From the NCBI GenBank assembly GCA_051294375.1, contig CM119265.1, positions 8,316,772 through 8,380,771 of the forward strand: a DNA stretch of 64,000 bases. Direction: 5' to 3'. Both the position numbers and the translations under genes were made by a program. The first letter of the stretch is position 1; each line of letters begins with the position of its first letter. This stretch comes from Paraspadella gotoi (lineage: Eukaryota; Animalia; Chaetognatha). Below the pieces are notes generated by a model, which was not told the DNA's origin, ran no database searches, and worked only from the letters and a program-made list of their open reading frames with translations. Shown here piece after piece: positions 40,407 through 55,414 of the stretch.

Positions 40407-42754
40407 TTAAGGGGCGACTCGTCGTTGATGCTGCTGCGACTCACAGTCGCAATCTCCCAATCGAGATTTGAAATCCTCCATTTTGAGAAAGGCCGAGATA
40501 GACTTGGGCATATTCAAAAAATCGACGATAGACGATCGACGGCGCCTCCTGTCGTGAAAAAATTTAAGATGCCATTCACATTACAGGCAATGGTTCATAA
40601 TTTTTATCGAGTTCAAAGATCTACCAGAATGACTTTCTCGCCAAATGCTGCAGAGAAAGCATCTTTACGGTGGGTTGACGAAAAAGCTTGACGGTTCCGT
40701 CGGCTAGACCGACGGCGATCGATGAAAATCCGCCCCCGCCGAGAAAAGCGCAGCCGACCGGGCGATCGACGAAGGCGGTGGCGATGGGGTCGTCGTCGTC
40801 GTCGAGAATGCTCCAGACGCGGACGCTGCCGTCGCCACAGACGGCTGTGATGTGGTCGGCGCCGGGAGCAAAAGCGACGTCACGTACGGCGAAGTCTTCC
40901 AGTGGTCCGCCGATCAGAGACATCTCGAATCGGGAGGAGCAAGGGTAGACGGAGCGGAAAATCCTCAGCATCGCCGCCGTGGAAGACATCGGCGACGGGG
41001 CTGCCGCATGGAAGTCGGCATCCAAAGGATAGTGCGACGACGTCGCGTCCCAAAGGATGACTAGGCAGTCGTTACCGCCGCTCAGCATAAATGTTCCGTC
41101 TTAAGTAGAGAAAGAATGCATCTCTGCATTTAATGCACTCAGGGATTAGAAACGGAGTTGTATTCTCACCATTGGAGTAGGCAATCGCGGTGACGGCATT
41201 CTGGTGGCCCTTGAACTGTCGCACGACGGGGCACTTGCGGTTGTGAACGCTGATATCAGCAACGTCCCAGGCGTAGACACAGTTGCCAAGGCCGGCCGCG
41301 AACTGGCTTGCATCGGGGGCCCAAGCAATCACGGGCGCCATTCGCTGCAAACACTGGTGCCGACAAAGGTCTCTTACTCATAGGAAAGATTTCAAAAATA
41401 GATAAATGAAACCAAACCTCCACCTGATCTGGTTGGATCGTTTTGAGAAGATTGCCGTCGTCCTGGCAATCCCATATTTTAATGGATTCGTCCTTCGAGG
41501 AGGAAAGAAGCAAAAGACTCCCGTTCGGGGCAAACTGCAAGTTACGAACGTCATCTGTAGTACAAAATGGGGAAGCGCGTTTTAATTAAGTAAGGTGACG
41601 AGGCTTCTAACGGTATGGTTTTGATTGTATAAGAATGTATATGGATAGCAATAATTTTAATTGAAGACTGTTAAAAAACTGAGAATATAAACCATATTGT
41701 AATTTTCATTAATATTTTTTTAGTATTTGCTTGCCTTTGTGATCCACGAGCGATATGAGCCGGGTGCGCGTGTCGACCTGCCAAAGATCGATCTCGCCGC
41801 GCTCATAGCCGGTGGCAACGATGTGACCTATTGTGTGATAAGAAATTTAAAATTACCATGAACCCAAAAAATTTTCAACCACTGAATTTTTTAAATTTTA
41901 TGGGCCATTGGATTTCTTAAAAAAAAATTTCAATGTTGCATCAATACATATTTGTATTTTACTTTGTCTAGAGACTATCAAAGGAAAAAGGATTCGTGCA
42001 TGGACTCTCCCAACAGCCCAAGTTATCTTTCTTGGTATTACAAAAAATAATACTTTCTACAAACTATAAAATTCAGAAAATATATTAATAACAAACTAGC
42101 AAAAGTAGGATGCAATTTGTACAACTCAGGTTGAAAGCATTACTGTAGTCCTAAAATTACCAGATTCGGATGGAAAATTGAGAACTTTATGAAATCCAAT
42201 ACTGATTGGTCTAGCGCACTTTCGGATACTTTCGCCCCGTAGCTTTCCAAAGGCGACCGATAAAACCAGCTTCTTGCATAAAATCGTAGTCGTCTTTATG
42301 AAAAAAATATCCAAATAAAAACATTGTTTCAAAACCGATGACGGTTTTAAATGAGAGAAACCTGAGGACTCAGTTCTTGGATTCCATTTTCGTCAAACTC
42401 TCCATCGCTGCCAAGCCTAGAATGGGCGAGGACTGGCTGATGACGAGCCTTACAGTCGAGGATCTTCAGCTCTCTTCCCAGCAATATCCAAGCCAAATAT
42501 CGTGCGTCGTCGGAAACCACGATTGAGCTTCGAGTCAATTCTGGGAAGGATGGGGATCCGATCCTGGGTAGAAACAAAAAGGGCTCTCTAACAAATCAAA
42601 ATAGTCATAAGAAATGTAAAGAAAAACTAATGTAGTGAAAGATTTACCAGGGGTCGCCGGTGGGCGGCAGCGGAATGGGATTCGTCAAATCTTTGACATG
42701 AAGAAGCGGAGGCACGTCGCTCGAATTGTGGGTTTTGAAAGACCTCTTTGCCAT
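40407..42754 (-). CDS. WSB1: WD repeat and SOCS box protein
   Basis: WD40 repeats (LSSSKDESIKIWDCQDDGNL, FKGHQNAV, VRDVAF) and SOCS box LSLQHLAR...MPKSISAFL. Confidence 0.85.
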
Positions 42755-43120
42755 TTAATAAATCGATGGGCGGTACGGTAAACAGTTACAACAGGAAGAA
42801 AGTTTCAATTCGTCGGTCGAAAGAAAAAATCTTGGGAGAAATTCAAATATAAAGACAAGGTGTTAACGTTGCAATAAGAATATCTTTGAACCAATGAAAC
42901 TAATAAAACGAACCAAAATACGCAATTGGATTAAATGGTCAAACAAAAGAGTATTCCATAGACATAGTATGATGGAAAGAAAATAGATCTCGTTACATAA
43001 TTCAATAAAAATTCAACACAGGCGAGAGAGAAGGATATGGCGGAATGAAATGGTTTATTAAGTAGGGTCGCTGGGACAAAGGGTCTAGAACTTCCACACA
43101 GCTCTTCTAAAAATAAGTAT

Positions 43121-45332
<2,212 letters not shown>

Positions 45333-46044
45333 CTGAGGAATTGGATACAGTAATCAATGTCAGCGGAAAGGAAAATTCGGAAAATTACGTACAAACTTAT
45401 ATGTACTATCATTAATCAGGTTGGGCGAAAGCGTATAGTATTAAAAATAAGGATTAAGAAGCTATTTTTTGTGGAACATTTTAACATAGCCTTTGATAAT
45501 ATTCGCAGCACTGAGCAGGGTCATCTAACAGAACAGAAAATCATTTAAACTGCCCAGTGCCTATCGCAGACCATTATGGAACATTTTTTAACGACGGCAT
45601 ATTCGGTGTGAATATTTAACACTATTTTTGCATTGATTATAATCATAATTATTTTCTTTTACAATCGTCTCTCTTACAGTTTTTCTTAGCATTAAAATTA
45701 TAAATATCCGCTTAATTGGATCCTCCTACAAAACATAAAATAAGAAAGAATAAACAGTCGAATTAATCAAGGTAATACAAACATTTTCTCAGAAAATGTA
45801 TATTTGACAAAGGCACAAAGTTAATCAGGGATAAAATTTATGAGAACCAGGCTTCCCGATACAACCACAAATATTAAAGAAACGAATGGAACGAATAACA
45901 TCTAATTGTTAATTTTAACTTCCTTCGATACAACCTGAGAAAGTTAATTTTCACAACAGTATCTGTGCCGTCATCGCGTGATGACTGATGCATCGTTTAT
46001 ACTTCAAAGCGACTTATATACATCGATCTAAAAAAGAAAATTTC

Positions 46045-48402
46045 TCATCGCGTGTACGTCCACGGATTGAGAAGAAACTCGGCGGCGATAGGAAAATGGT
46101 CGGAACCGTCCGTGGAGTTGGGAATCAAGCCGATCTCGCTCATCTCACTCATGACGGGGATGCGATGTCGGGCGATGATGCGCATGGGACCCTCCAACAC
46201 GTCCTGAGGAAGGATACGTCCTGTTTGCAAGTTGTGATTGACGCGAAATCCGTCGACCGTATAGAACATGTAGTCGGTGCAGGTAGAGAAGCCCTTGATC
46301 TGCGTGGAGATTTCCCTGTTGTCGACGGCTTTGATCTCTATTTCCCCCTCGTCGTTGGGGTCGCGCTCGCGGGCAGCGATTTCGTGCTTGTAGACGGTTA
46401 CGAATTTGAAGTTGTGACTGAGCTCTCCGAGCGGCTCCGTTGGCGGCGTCTCGGTATACTGACAATTCTCGTCGACGCCTACTTCGGCCGGGAAAAGCGG
46501 CTTCTTCAAAAAGACCTTTTTCTCCTTCTGAAACACGTTGGTCTGACCGCTGATCTCGTCGGCTTGTAGGCCGGCGTACTTAAGCCTCTTGGCCTGAACG
46601 AAGCGGTAAAGGTGAGAGTAGGGAAGTGCGTTGAGGTCGCCGCAAAAGATGGTCGGGTAGTAAGAAACGTCGTTGGTCGAAGAAGGTCGACGGCAGAAAC
46701 GATCCATTTCCGCGAAGAGAAGACCCAGCTGGGCCAACTTTGTGTCGCCTCTTTGCGCTGAAAAAAGCAACTGGGTGGTGATAATACAAAGATGAATGTC
46801 GGGCTCCTTCCACTTTTCCGGGGCCACATTCTTGGGGCGCTGGACGATGGGCTTGACCTTAACCATGAGCCCGACGTTGTCTCTGTCGAGAATGGGGCAA
46901 TCCTTCTTCATGGAGAAAGGGTGGGCGTCGATAAAACGAAATTTATCCAAACGCACGAAGATGGCGCAACCCTCGGCCACGCCAGACTGGCGGCAGCGGA
47001 ACATTCCCAGGTAACCCCGCATCTCCAGCAAGGGAACGAAGAAAGATGCGTAAACGTCACTGGCCACTTCCTGCAGGCAGATGATTTCTGGATCTCCGAT
47101 GTAGTCGATTTCATCCTCGATGCGTTTGGATCGATATTCCCACTGCAAGTGCTCCGGCTTGTGTTGAGTGAAGTTATAAGATTGCTCCGTCATCATGGCC
47201 TGCGCCAACACGTTGTAATTGACGATCTTGAAGCGAAATGGCTCCGCGCCTTTCACGGGCAACACCTTCTTCATCTCCTTTTCCTTTTGCTGCTCCTTGA
47301 AAGTGGAGACCCAATATCTGAAATTTCTGCTGGTCGTTTTCGTTTTCTCTTCGACGACGGCGGCCGAGGCGCGGATAGACGAGACCAGCTTTGCCAGCTG
47401 AGCGTCCTCCCTCTCTGGCTCCGCCGCCGTTCGGGACCGGACAGAGGCAAGGAACTCCGGGGCGGGGACGAGGTCCGGAGGGATTTGAAGGCTTCGGCAG
47501 AACGAGTAGAAATCGGAGAACTCGACGTCATCCGCACCGGATCTCTCGGGGACGGCGGCCGCGTCTCCGACCCGTCGGTACTCTTTACCGGAACTTCCAT
47601 CTTTGGTCGGACCCGAAACGCCGACCAAGACACCCTTGGGCTCCACGTAAGCCCGAACGCCTTTCTGACACAAGTTCTTGTGCTTGGGGGAAACAATGTG
47701 ATAATAAATGCCTGGTCCCTGACAAGTAAAATTACAAACATCACAATGATATAAAAAGTGCTTGGTACTCTTTTTATATTCCTCATCAGAGGAAAACGGA
47801 GGGTTGACAACGTCATCGGGTTTACGTTTGACACCAGGATGCAACAGCGTCGGAGGCAAAGTTCGATCACTCTTGGCGTTTTCGACGTAACCAGAACCGT
47901 TGGAAACGTTGTTGTTGGAGTACGAGACCGGAGGAGTGTTTGGATTGCTGAGTGTGATCAGCTGTCTCTGGTTCGGACGAGGATTCGGCGGAACGATGGG
48001 ACCGGGCGGAACTGGACCCGCCTGACCCACAGCATATCCGGAACCGTAGTGAAGAGGATGCGATGTTAACGGCGCTTGACCGTACAGGACGCCCTGCTGG
48101 GGATGCTGATATTGCGGCGCCATCTGAGTCGGAGACCCGGGATTCCCGCCGCCGTCGCCGCCGCCGAGGATGTCGGCGAGAAGATTTCGTATCGATGCAT
48201 CCGGATCGGGGTTGGGAGCAGGGACGGGATTGGCGTTGGATATTACTTGGGGAGGTAGGGTCGTGGGATAAGCAGTCCCGCCGTTTGTCACGACTGGGTT
48301 ATAAGTTTTATACTGGAAGTTACCCATGTTGCTCGGAAAGGTGGGCGGATTGGAATTGTCAAGCGGGCGCGTGAAAGACGCCCAACTCGGTTGCCTCGAC
48401 AT
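46045..48402 (-). CDS. ANGEL: Angel-family EEP (CCR4-like) protein with N-terminal low-complexity region and zinc finger; single exon, 785 aa
   Basis: NYNVLAQ, ICLQEV, LDRDNVG, RGDTKLAQL, CGDLN, DYMFY, GSDHF; CDVC-x11-H-x5-H upstream. Confidence 0.88.
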   Translation of the reverse strand: MSRQPSWASFTRPLDNSNPPTFPSNMGNFQYKTYNPVVTNGGTAYPTTLPPQVISNANPVPAPNPDPDASIRNLLADILGGGDGGGNPGSPTQMAPQYQHPQQGVLYGQAPLTSHPLHYGSGYAVGQAGPVPPGPIVPPNPRPNQRQLITLSNPNTPPVSYSNNNVSNGSGYVENAKSDRTLPPTLLHPGVKRKPDDVVNPPFSSDEEYKKSTKHFLYHCDVCNFTCQGPGIYYHIVSPKHKNLCQKGVRAYVEPKGVLVGVSGPTKDGSSGKEYRRVGDAAAVPERSGADDVEFSDFYSFCRSLQIPPDLVPAPEFLASVRSRTAAEPEREDAQLAKLVSSIRASAAVVEEKTKTTSRNFRYWVSTFKEQQKEKEMKKVLPVKGAEPFRFKIVNYNVLAQAMMTEQSYNFTQHKPEHLQWEYRSKRIEDEIDYIGDPEIICLQEVASDVYASFFVPLLEMRGYLGMFRCRQSGVAEGCAIFVRLDKFRFIDAHPFSMKKDCPILDRDNVGLMVKVKPIVQRPKNVAPEKWKEPDIHLCIITTQLLFSAQRGDTKLAQLGLLFAEMDRFCRRPSSTNDVSYYPTIFCGDLNALPYSHLYRFVQAKRLKYAGLQADEISGQTNVFQKEKKVFLKKPLFPAEVGVDENCQYTETPPTEPLGELSHNFKFVTVYKHEIAARERDPNDEGEIEIKAVDNREISTQIKGFSTCTDYMFYTVDGFRVNHNLQTGRILPQDVLEGPMRIIARHRIPVMSEMSEIGLIPNSTDGSDHFPIAAEFLLNPWTYTR

Positions 48403-48844
48403 TTTGACAAAATTAGCTTGCGTCTTTAATCCACGTTCGTCTAGTTAAGAGTTTATTTCTCTTTTTATGTTCCAACTCGAAAGTTACACCAACGGCGTGA
48501 GCACAAAACTAGAAACTAACACAAATTTAATTCAAACGCCGTCTGTCACCAATGTTTCATAAAGAAATATCAGTAGTAATGCAATTAAAGAAGTTTGGAC
48601 CAGCGAGGGAGCGAGCGAGCGAGCGAGCGAGGGAGCAATCCTTTCCTTGTTCTCGGGAGCAGACATTTAATCCTGGCGGAAGGATGAGGAAGAGGAGAAG
48701 ACAAAAGAGCATAGCAACGCCGGCCCGCCGCAAATCCCCGACGTCAACAAAAACTACTTTGCTCGTTGAAGTTGACGACGAATTCAAATTTCTCGCTCGA
48801 TTCCTCCATTTTCTCCCCACTCTCATCTTCAGCATCGCAGCAAT
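48403..48844. promoter_or_regulatory. Inferred bidirectional promoter region between ANGEL and ODAD3
   Basis: Head-to-head ATGs 442 bp apart; (GAGC)n tract at about 48604-48635. Confidence 0.5.
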
Positions 48845-50295
48845 ATGCCCCAGATCCCAGCTAGTACGATTAGTAAACCGCCAATTACGGAGCAAATACA
48901 AGAGCTTCAAAAAAAGCTGTCATTACTTGAAGGTGAGGGACAATATTGAAGGCTTTTTTACCGAAACGTGGGACGTTATATTTATAAATACTTACTTAAT
49001 AGGTGACAGAAAAGCCTACTATGAAAGTTCACAATGGACTATGAAAAAAAATCGGGAGCAGATACAACGACTGCGAAAAGAAACAAGGTAATTTTAATTC
49101 CCTCTTAGAATTTTATCATTTCCCAGACTCTAGAACTTATCATTTAGATTGCTTTATAAAAAACTTGTTTGTTTTAATCCAGAGATCTTCGAAACAATCT
49201 TCACCAGTGCATGATTGGGGATGAAGAAGTGCTTGATAAAGCTTTCGATGGACATCAGATAGAAAGAGCGGCCTTCAGGTAAGCTAATCGTACATAAGTA
49301 CGTCTATTCTATAATTTTATAATTTTTGAAAAACAGGGCAAAGCCATGCGACGATGTCCGTAATTCTATGGACTACAAAGTATCGGACAACAACAAGAAG
49401 ATCAACGCGATCCGCCATCAGCGGGCGGAGCGACTGAAAAAGCTGGAGTTGCTGCAGACGCAATACGACGCGATGGTGCGGGAGGCTGCTGAAGCTTTGG
49501 CGAGCGACGCTGGCGAGTCGTCCGACGCTCAAGTAAGCATTAGGTCAACGAAGCAATCATTTTGTGCAGAAATAACAACTTTGACGGCTTTGTTTAATGT
49601 TGACTGTTTAGTCTTTGCGGCAACTGGAGAATCGACTGGACAAAGCGGAGATGAAGACGGAAGAAGCGATACACATCAACCTGCAGTACAAACAGATTAC
49701 CGAGATCCTCAAAGAAGATGCGTTGCATTACAACAACAACCTTGGCGCCCTCGAGCAAGAAATAGAAAATCAGCGAAAAGAATTGCAGGTTCGGCCATAC
49801 TCATTTCTTTCAACATTGACCTCAGCGTATCATTATTTTATGACTACAATATTTTTTTTGTTGTCGTTGTTAAATGTTTTCCCCTAAAATCAGGATCTCC
49901 GCATGATGTGTAACGACGCGCACGTCTCGCGCGACGCGGCGAAGGAAGAGCTGCAGAAGCAGGAGGAGCTCATCGTGCAGCAGCGAAAAGAGTTGGAGAG
50001 CAGCCTGCAGGAGAAGAAGAAGGCCGCGGAAGAACGGAAGATGCACGCCGAGCGAGTCGAGAAGCGCATGGTGAGAACTGCTCCACTTTACGTTAAATTA
50101 CATATTGTATTTTTGAATTGATATTTTAGAAAATGGAATTTTTTTTTTTAGATTCAACGCGCGAGTTCTCTACCTGGCGAAGACTTTACTCCTCCTGGAC
50201 GCGGGGAGATTAGTAATGAGGAGCAGCAGCAAAAGATACTTACTTACGAGGATGCATTTAGGAAGATTAAGGAAGCGACAGGTAAAACAGAGAAA

Positions 50296-50331
<36 letters not shown>

Positions 50332-50342
50332 ATACAATAATC

Positions 50343-50381
<39 letters not shown>

Positions 50382-53300
50382 ATACAATAATCAGAATTAA
50401 AGGAAGAAAGAAATAAAGAAAGAAAGATAGAAAGAAAGAAAGAAAGAAAGAAAAAAGAATACAATAATCAGAATTAAAGGAAAAGTTTTTTTATTTTTGT
50501 TTCAACAACGAATGTAATTAACATTAAAAAACATGTTTCGGCTATATTGTGAGCCTTCATCAGCGCAAAATTTGCGCATTTTTTTCAAATTCCCCCCCCA
50601 AAAAAAACTAAAAAAAACTTATCCTTTAATGCTACCTACGCAACAAAACGAAAGTAATAAAACAAAGATAAAAATAATCAAGAATAAAACATCGCAGAGG
50701 AATCAAACTCAAGAAATGAAATCGGATCGGCGACTCGTGCAAAATCCACCGGAATCGGAATAGAAGTCTCTCATTGGTGGAGAGACAAATGGCACCAGCC
50801 AATGAGCAGATGGGCTTCCTTCCGCCTGTAATTTCTAGCCTTATCTCCGATCCGATGGGACTGTATAAATTGACACCAACTTTGTATTTGATTCACTCTG
50901 CCTGGAAATTGACACCGTCTTTACTGTATATTTTTGAGAATAAAATTCCACTTTGGTTTCATATTGAAATCCTTAAATGTGGTGGCAGAAGTGGATTCGA
51001 ACCCACACCTCTGAAGAGACAAAATAAAATTAATTAATTGATTGACAAATTGATTGATTCATACTTATCTTATCAAATTTTTTGTCCAACAGGGGTCTCC
51101 AATATTCAGGAAGTCGTCGACAGGTTCGAATCACAAGATGAAACCCAGCGCCATCTTATGGAGCTTCAAACGTCTCACGAGGATCACATCAAAGAGTTAA
51201 AAGTAAAAAAAAGTTGACGAATTTTTCCATTGTTTCTTTGGTCTAGACTTTCTTCTTTACTTAATCCATATCGTCTGGAACGAGTAGGCCTTCTTTCGCA
51301 AAATTGTATTTCAGTCTGGCGCCGAATCAAAACATCCGACTTCTAAACTCACGATTAATAATTTGGATTTAGTTTCAGATTTCAGATTTGAGTGCCTGCC
51401 AGAAGGTTAATTTCTCTAATGATTAATTGATTACACCATAATGCTTATTGGTGAATCTAACTTTAAGGCCTAAATTTGATTCTCTATGATTCGAGGTAAA
51501 ATTCTAATATACATAAGTAATGCAGTATTGCAGTTTTGCAGTCTCTATTTCAAACGCAACAAAAGAAAGTAAAAACACATATGATAACGCTTACTGTATT
51601 GATTGGTATAAACGAAACTAGTAAAGCGTTTCCTAACGCCAGGCGCAAAGGGCGAAACTTCAACGCGAATACGAAGAGATGAAATATTCCGGTGAAGAGT
51701 CGATTCGAGAGGCGCAAAAAGGTTTGGAGGCGTTGCGAGCCAAATTGGAGGACGGGCAGACAGAGAAGGTCAACGCTGAGGACAAGCTCGATAGGTAACG
51801 CTGAAAACTGAAGGAGAGAGAAAAAGAGATATGCTTAACCGTCTCTGTCTTCAGGTCGACGGCGCTGATCACCAAAGTCCGCGCGGGCGTCGAACATCTG
51901 TACGACAAACTCACCAATCTGCCGGAGCGCGAGCCGAAGGAACTCGATCCGTCGTCGCAAAGGTGAGACGAAATTGTGAACATGTGAACGTCTGGCTCGA
52001 TCAGTGAAACTTGAATTTCTTCTGTATTTATAATAGTTAACAAGATTTGAACATTTTAACTGCTAATTTATAACACTTGATGACTTTCTCTTCGTTCCAT
52101 AATATTATTTTTCAAAGTCGGAAAGAGGAAGACGGTGAAGATAATGTAGCATTTTCTAGGTGAAGTATCACGACCGGATCGTTGTTCCTCAATGTATTTA
52201 TTTCGAGTTAAATTTTAATGTTTCTCCTTTGTTCATAGGTTATTTTCTTTAATTTTTAAAATAAAACAAGATACAGTCCTGTGCAAAAAAAACGCCCCTC
52301 TTTATAACTTTAAATTCTAATGAACAAAATCTAAAGTCCATATATCACATAATTTAGCTAATCATTTTGTTTCACTCCCTTTTGAAATTCGTGTAAAAGC
52401 TTCAAAATCATAGACCTGTCTTTCATCATATGTTTTAATAACCTTAAAATTATTATTTAAGGATCTGGGGTAATCCAATTATCCAGTTATCCCTCCAGAT
52501 GTCTACTATATTTTTTTAAATTTTTAATCTATTTTAAATATTACAAAATATTTAAAAAAAAGATTATTCTTAAATCTATTCAATTTTTTTACATTGAACT
52601 TTGATGGCCTAATTTTGATAAAATTTATGCCAAATTTATCATCCTTTGATAACATTAATTATTTTTTTAAATTTTTTTAAAAATTCAAGTATTTAGGGTA
52701 ATTTTTAAAGTCTGAAATAAAGTGGCTCGTTTTTTTTTGGAACAGGATTGTAAATTGTGTTTCGTGTAATTATTTTTTTTTTAATGTTATTGAGTTGGTC
52801 ATCACTATATTGTGAAGCTACCATCAACTTCACGAACTTCGTCCTTTACATCAGGTACCCAATCGAATTGTTGGGGAAAGCGGAGGCCAAGTTGGTCGAT
52901 CTTTTGGAGACTCTCGACAAAACTTGCGACTTGGGAGAAATCACACAAAACATGGAGGAGGAAGAGTTTCAACACAACATCGAGGGTAGGTTGATGTCGC
53001 ATTGACGAGAATTTTTTACATTTGTTTTCCACTATTTTCTTTTTATTTTATTATTTGTATTCATCGTTGGGCCTTCACTTCCTTCATGTTTGTATGATGT
53101 TACAAACAGCAAACAGTAAGTCCGCCGTTAAATTCGGCAAACGGATTGCGGAAACTAATCTATCGGCGCTTAATTCCAGTTTTTTGGCAAAATTTTTTGT
53201 TTTTGTTCATTTGTTTTATCGCGAATGAAAAATGAATGAAAATTTTGCACAAGCCAAGTCATGAGCATGAAAGAAAGCACTGTTTTTTGGGAATGTTTTA

Positions 53301-53874
53301 GCCAAATTTATCCTTGCCTAATGATCGAAAATGTTTTCCCTTATTCCGCCACAAAAATTATCAAAAAGATTTAATTCATAGACGGTGCTTGGATAACCAG
53401 ATTCGCTCATGACAGTTTTTAAACATACCAAAAATATATTTACAAACCAGAACCAGAAGCCTTTGGTGTTTCTTTGAATTTAACTTTTTTCAGAACGAAG
53501 ACTTATAAAAAAGTTAAATACAATGTTTTAAACTACCTTAACCCCTTTGGGCAACGCAACTACAGCATAGGGACCTGTATGTTTTTAATTTTTTGACTTC
53601 AGGCAAAATTCCAGCGTACAACACGCGGGTGACGCTTCCGACAACGACGTCGCGGGACAACGTCTACGAGGAGGAAGAGGAGTCGGGCGACGACGACGAC
53701 GTCCTTACGCGTCATCAGGTCCGTCTAGTTGCCGACAGCGTCATGCTTACAAAAACAACTCCAGACATACATGTATACGTTAAATATTAATTCGGACAGA
53801 TAAAGCATCAATCGCAGCAGATGGTGGATTCCAGGACGAAGCGCAAACAGAAGAGGAAGAAGAAGACGAAATGA
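48845..53874 (+). CDS. ODAD3: Outer dynein arm docking complex subunit 3 (CCDC151)
   Basis: ELQKKLSLLE|GDRKAYYESSQWTMKKNRE, LRQLENRLDKA, KIPAYNTRVTLP, final exon SRTKRKQKRKKKTK*. Confidence 0.9.
50291..50482 (+). repeat. Compound (GAAA)n satellite punctuated three times by aatacaataatcagaa
   Basis: Directly visible. Confidence 0.9.
50531..50563 (-). ncRNA. Minimal Penelope-type hammerhead ribozyme core (probably degenerate)
   Basis: Minus strand reads CTGATGA-A-GGCT-cacaatat-AGCC-GAAA-CATGT: both catalytic boxes, stem II and a palindromic stem III; stem I does not pair. Confidence 0.6.
50980..51020 (-). pseudogene. 3' fragment of tRNA-Leu including CCA
   Basis: Minus strand GTCTCTTCAGAGGTGTGGGTTCGAATCCACTTCTGCCA-CCA = variable arm, T arm, acceptor strand and CCA. 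Confidence 0.75.
52274..52750. mobile_element. Tc1/mariner-type MITE
   Basis: TA|CAGTCCTGTGCAAAAAAAACG ... CGTTTTTTTTTGGAACAGGATTG|TA: imperfect TIRs with TA target duplication and an AT-rich non-coding interior. Confidence 0.7.
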
Positions 53875-54387
53875 TCGAGACAAAGGAAAGGGGGCGTGGC
53901 GCGAGGCCAGCTCGTCAACCGGCGCCAGTTTTTTTTTACTTCGTATTCAATCGAGTTTAAAATTTCGTTGCTTCGTTTTTTTGGTTTTGACGTATTTAAT
54001 TTCGGCGCTCCGGATTACGTTCGTTGTATCGAGACACAAACAAAGTTTTTTTCTGCCTTTTCTGCTTGTATCAATGTATGACTTATGAAGCTTCGTCGTG
54101 TTCTTGTTCGTGAAAATTTTAGCTTCCCAACGAGTATCTATGTACGAAACATCAATATGCTTCAGTTAACTGCAAAATTTTTTACAACTGGGAGAATTGT
54201 CCTTCTAATTACTCTGTAATTACACTGTGTAAAATTCAGTAGAAGAGTAAGTCTGGATTAATAAAAAGTTAACCCATTTTTGGAGCAATGACTTCAAATA
54301 TTGGACCTATACAAATTGTAATCCTTGTACAATACGTGAGCTTAGTGACAATGTAGTCACGTGACGTCAACAAAAAGGCTGACATTT

Positions 54388-55414
54388 TCACGTGCTCATC
54401 AAATTGATGAATTCTTCGTAGTTGATTTGGCCGTCGCCGTCCACGTCGGCGCAGGTAATCATCTGTAAAAGAATCAATCGAAGTAATGATTGACCAAGCA
54501 TTCATAAAGCCACTCGGCCAATCACCTCATCTATTTCATCGTCCGATAACTTTTCTCCAAGATTCATCATGATGAGTCGAAGTTCTTTCTCCGTGACGTA
54601 ACCGTTTCCGTCTCTGTCAAAGACTCGGAACGCCTCCTGCGGTCATTCGAGGAAAACATATGAACAAAAGACAATCGTTTAGCTTTAGGCTCAAATCGAC
54701 TCCGAGAGTGAAAAAAAGAAAAGAAAAAAGAATACTACGTAGATATTATACGAAGAACTGTTGACCTGCATCTCTTCCTCGGAATTGGCGTCATCAGTAG
54801 ACTTTCGCATCATCGCTAAGAATTCGGGAAAGTCCAACATTCCTGCGGGAAGGAAAAAGATCAATTTACATAATCTTGAAATGGGACGTTTCTCTGTCGC
54901 AACTTTGAAACAAAAACAAAAAAAACCCTCGTAATCTTTTTATGAAATTGGTTCTACCAATATAATATATATATGAGTATAGTTTGACCAAGCAATACTG
55001 ATGATATTCTAATATATATATTCTAATATAACTGTCATCAACATTTTCACGACCTGTGCCGTCTTTGTCGACGTAGTTGACCAATTCGACTAGTTCCGCT
55101 TCGCTCGGATTCTTTCCGAGAGCTCGAAGGATTTGTCCCACTTCCTTCGTGTTAACTGAACCGTCACGATCTGACAGGTAATCCGCGTTGAAAAGTAATC
55201 AGTAATTAGTCAATAATGATAATAATTACGGATACGTAATTCCGTCTTTCAATAAATCAAATAATTATTTCAAAAACTATAAAGGTATTAATTTTTATTT
55301 CTTAATTTTTTTTTTTAAAATTCAACTTCATCCGTCCTCAGACTTACCCGTGTCGTAAACATCAAAGGTGTCTTTAAAAAGTCCTATCTGCTCTTCGCTC
55401 AAAATGTCGTTCAT
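54388..55414 (-). CDS. Calmodulin-like four-EF-hand protein (5 exons)
   Basis: [21 protein letters not shown]|..[19 protein letters not shown]|[12 protein letters not shown]..|[24 protein letters not shown]|[18 protein letters not shown]; too divergent for canonical CaM. Confidence 0.9.

Noticed and set aside
46792-47754. 320-aa plus-strand ORF and many similar antisense ORFs
   Set aside because: Antisense shadows of GC-rich coding exons with no recognisable motifs.
50291-50482. Repeat-spacer pattern resembling a CRISPR array
   Set aside because: The spacers are (GAAA)n microsatellite, the context is a eukaryotic intron, and there are no cas genes.
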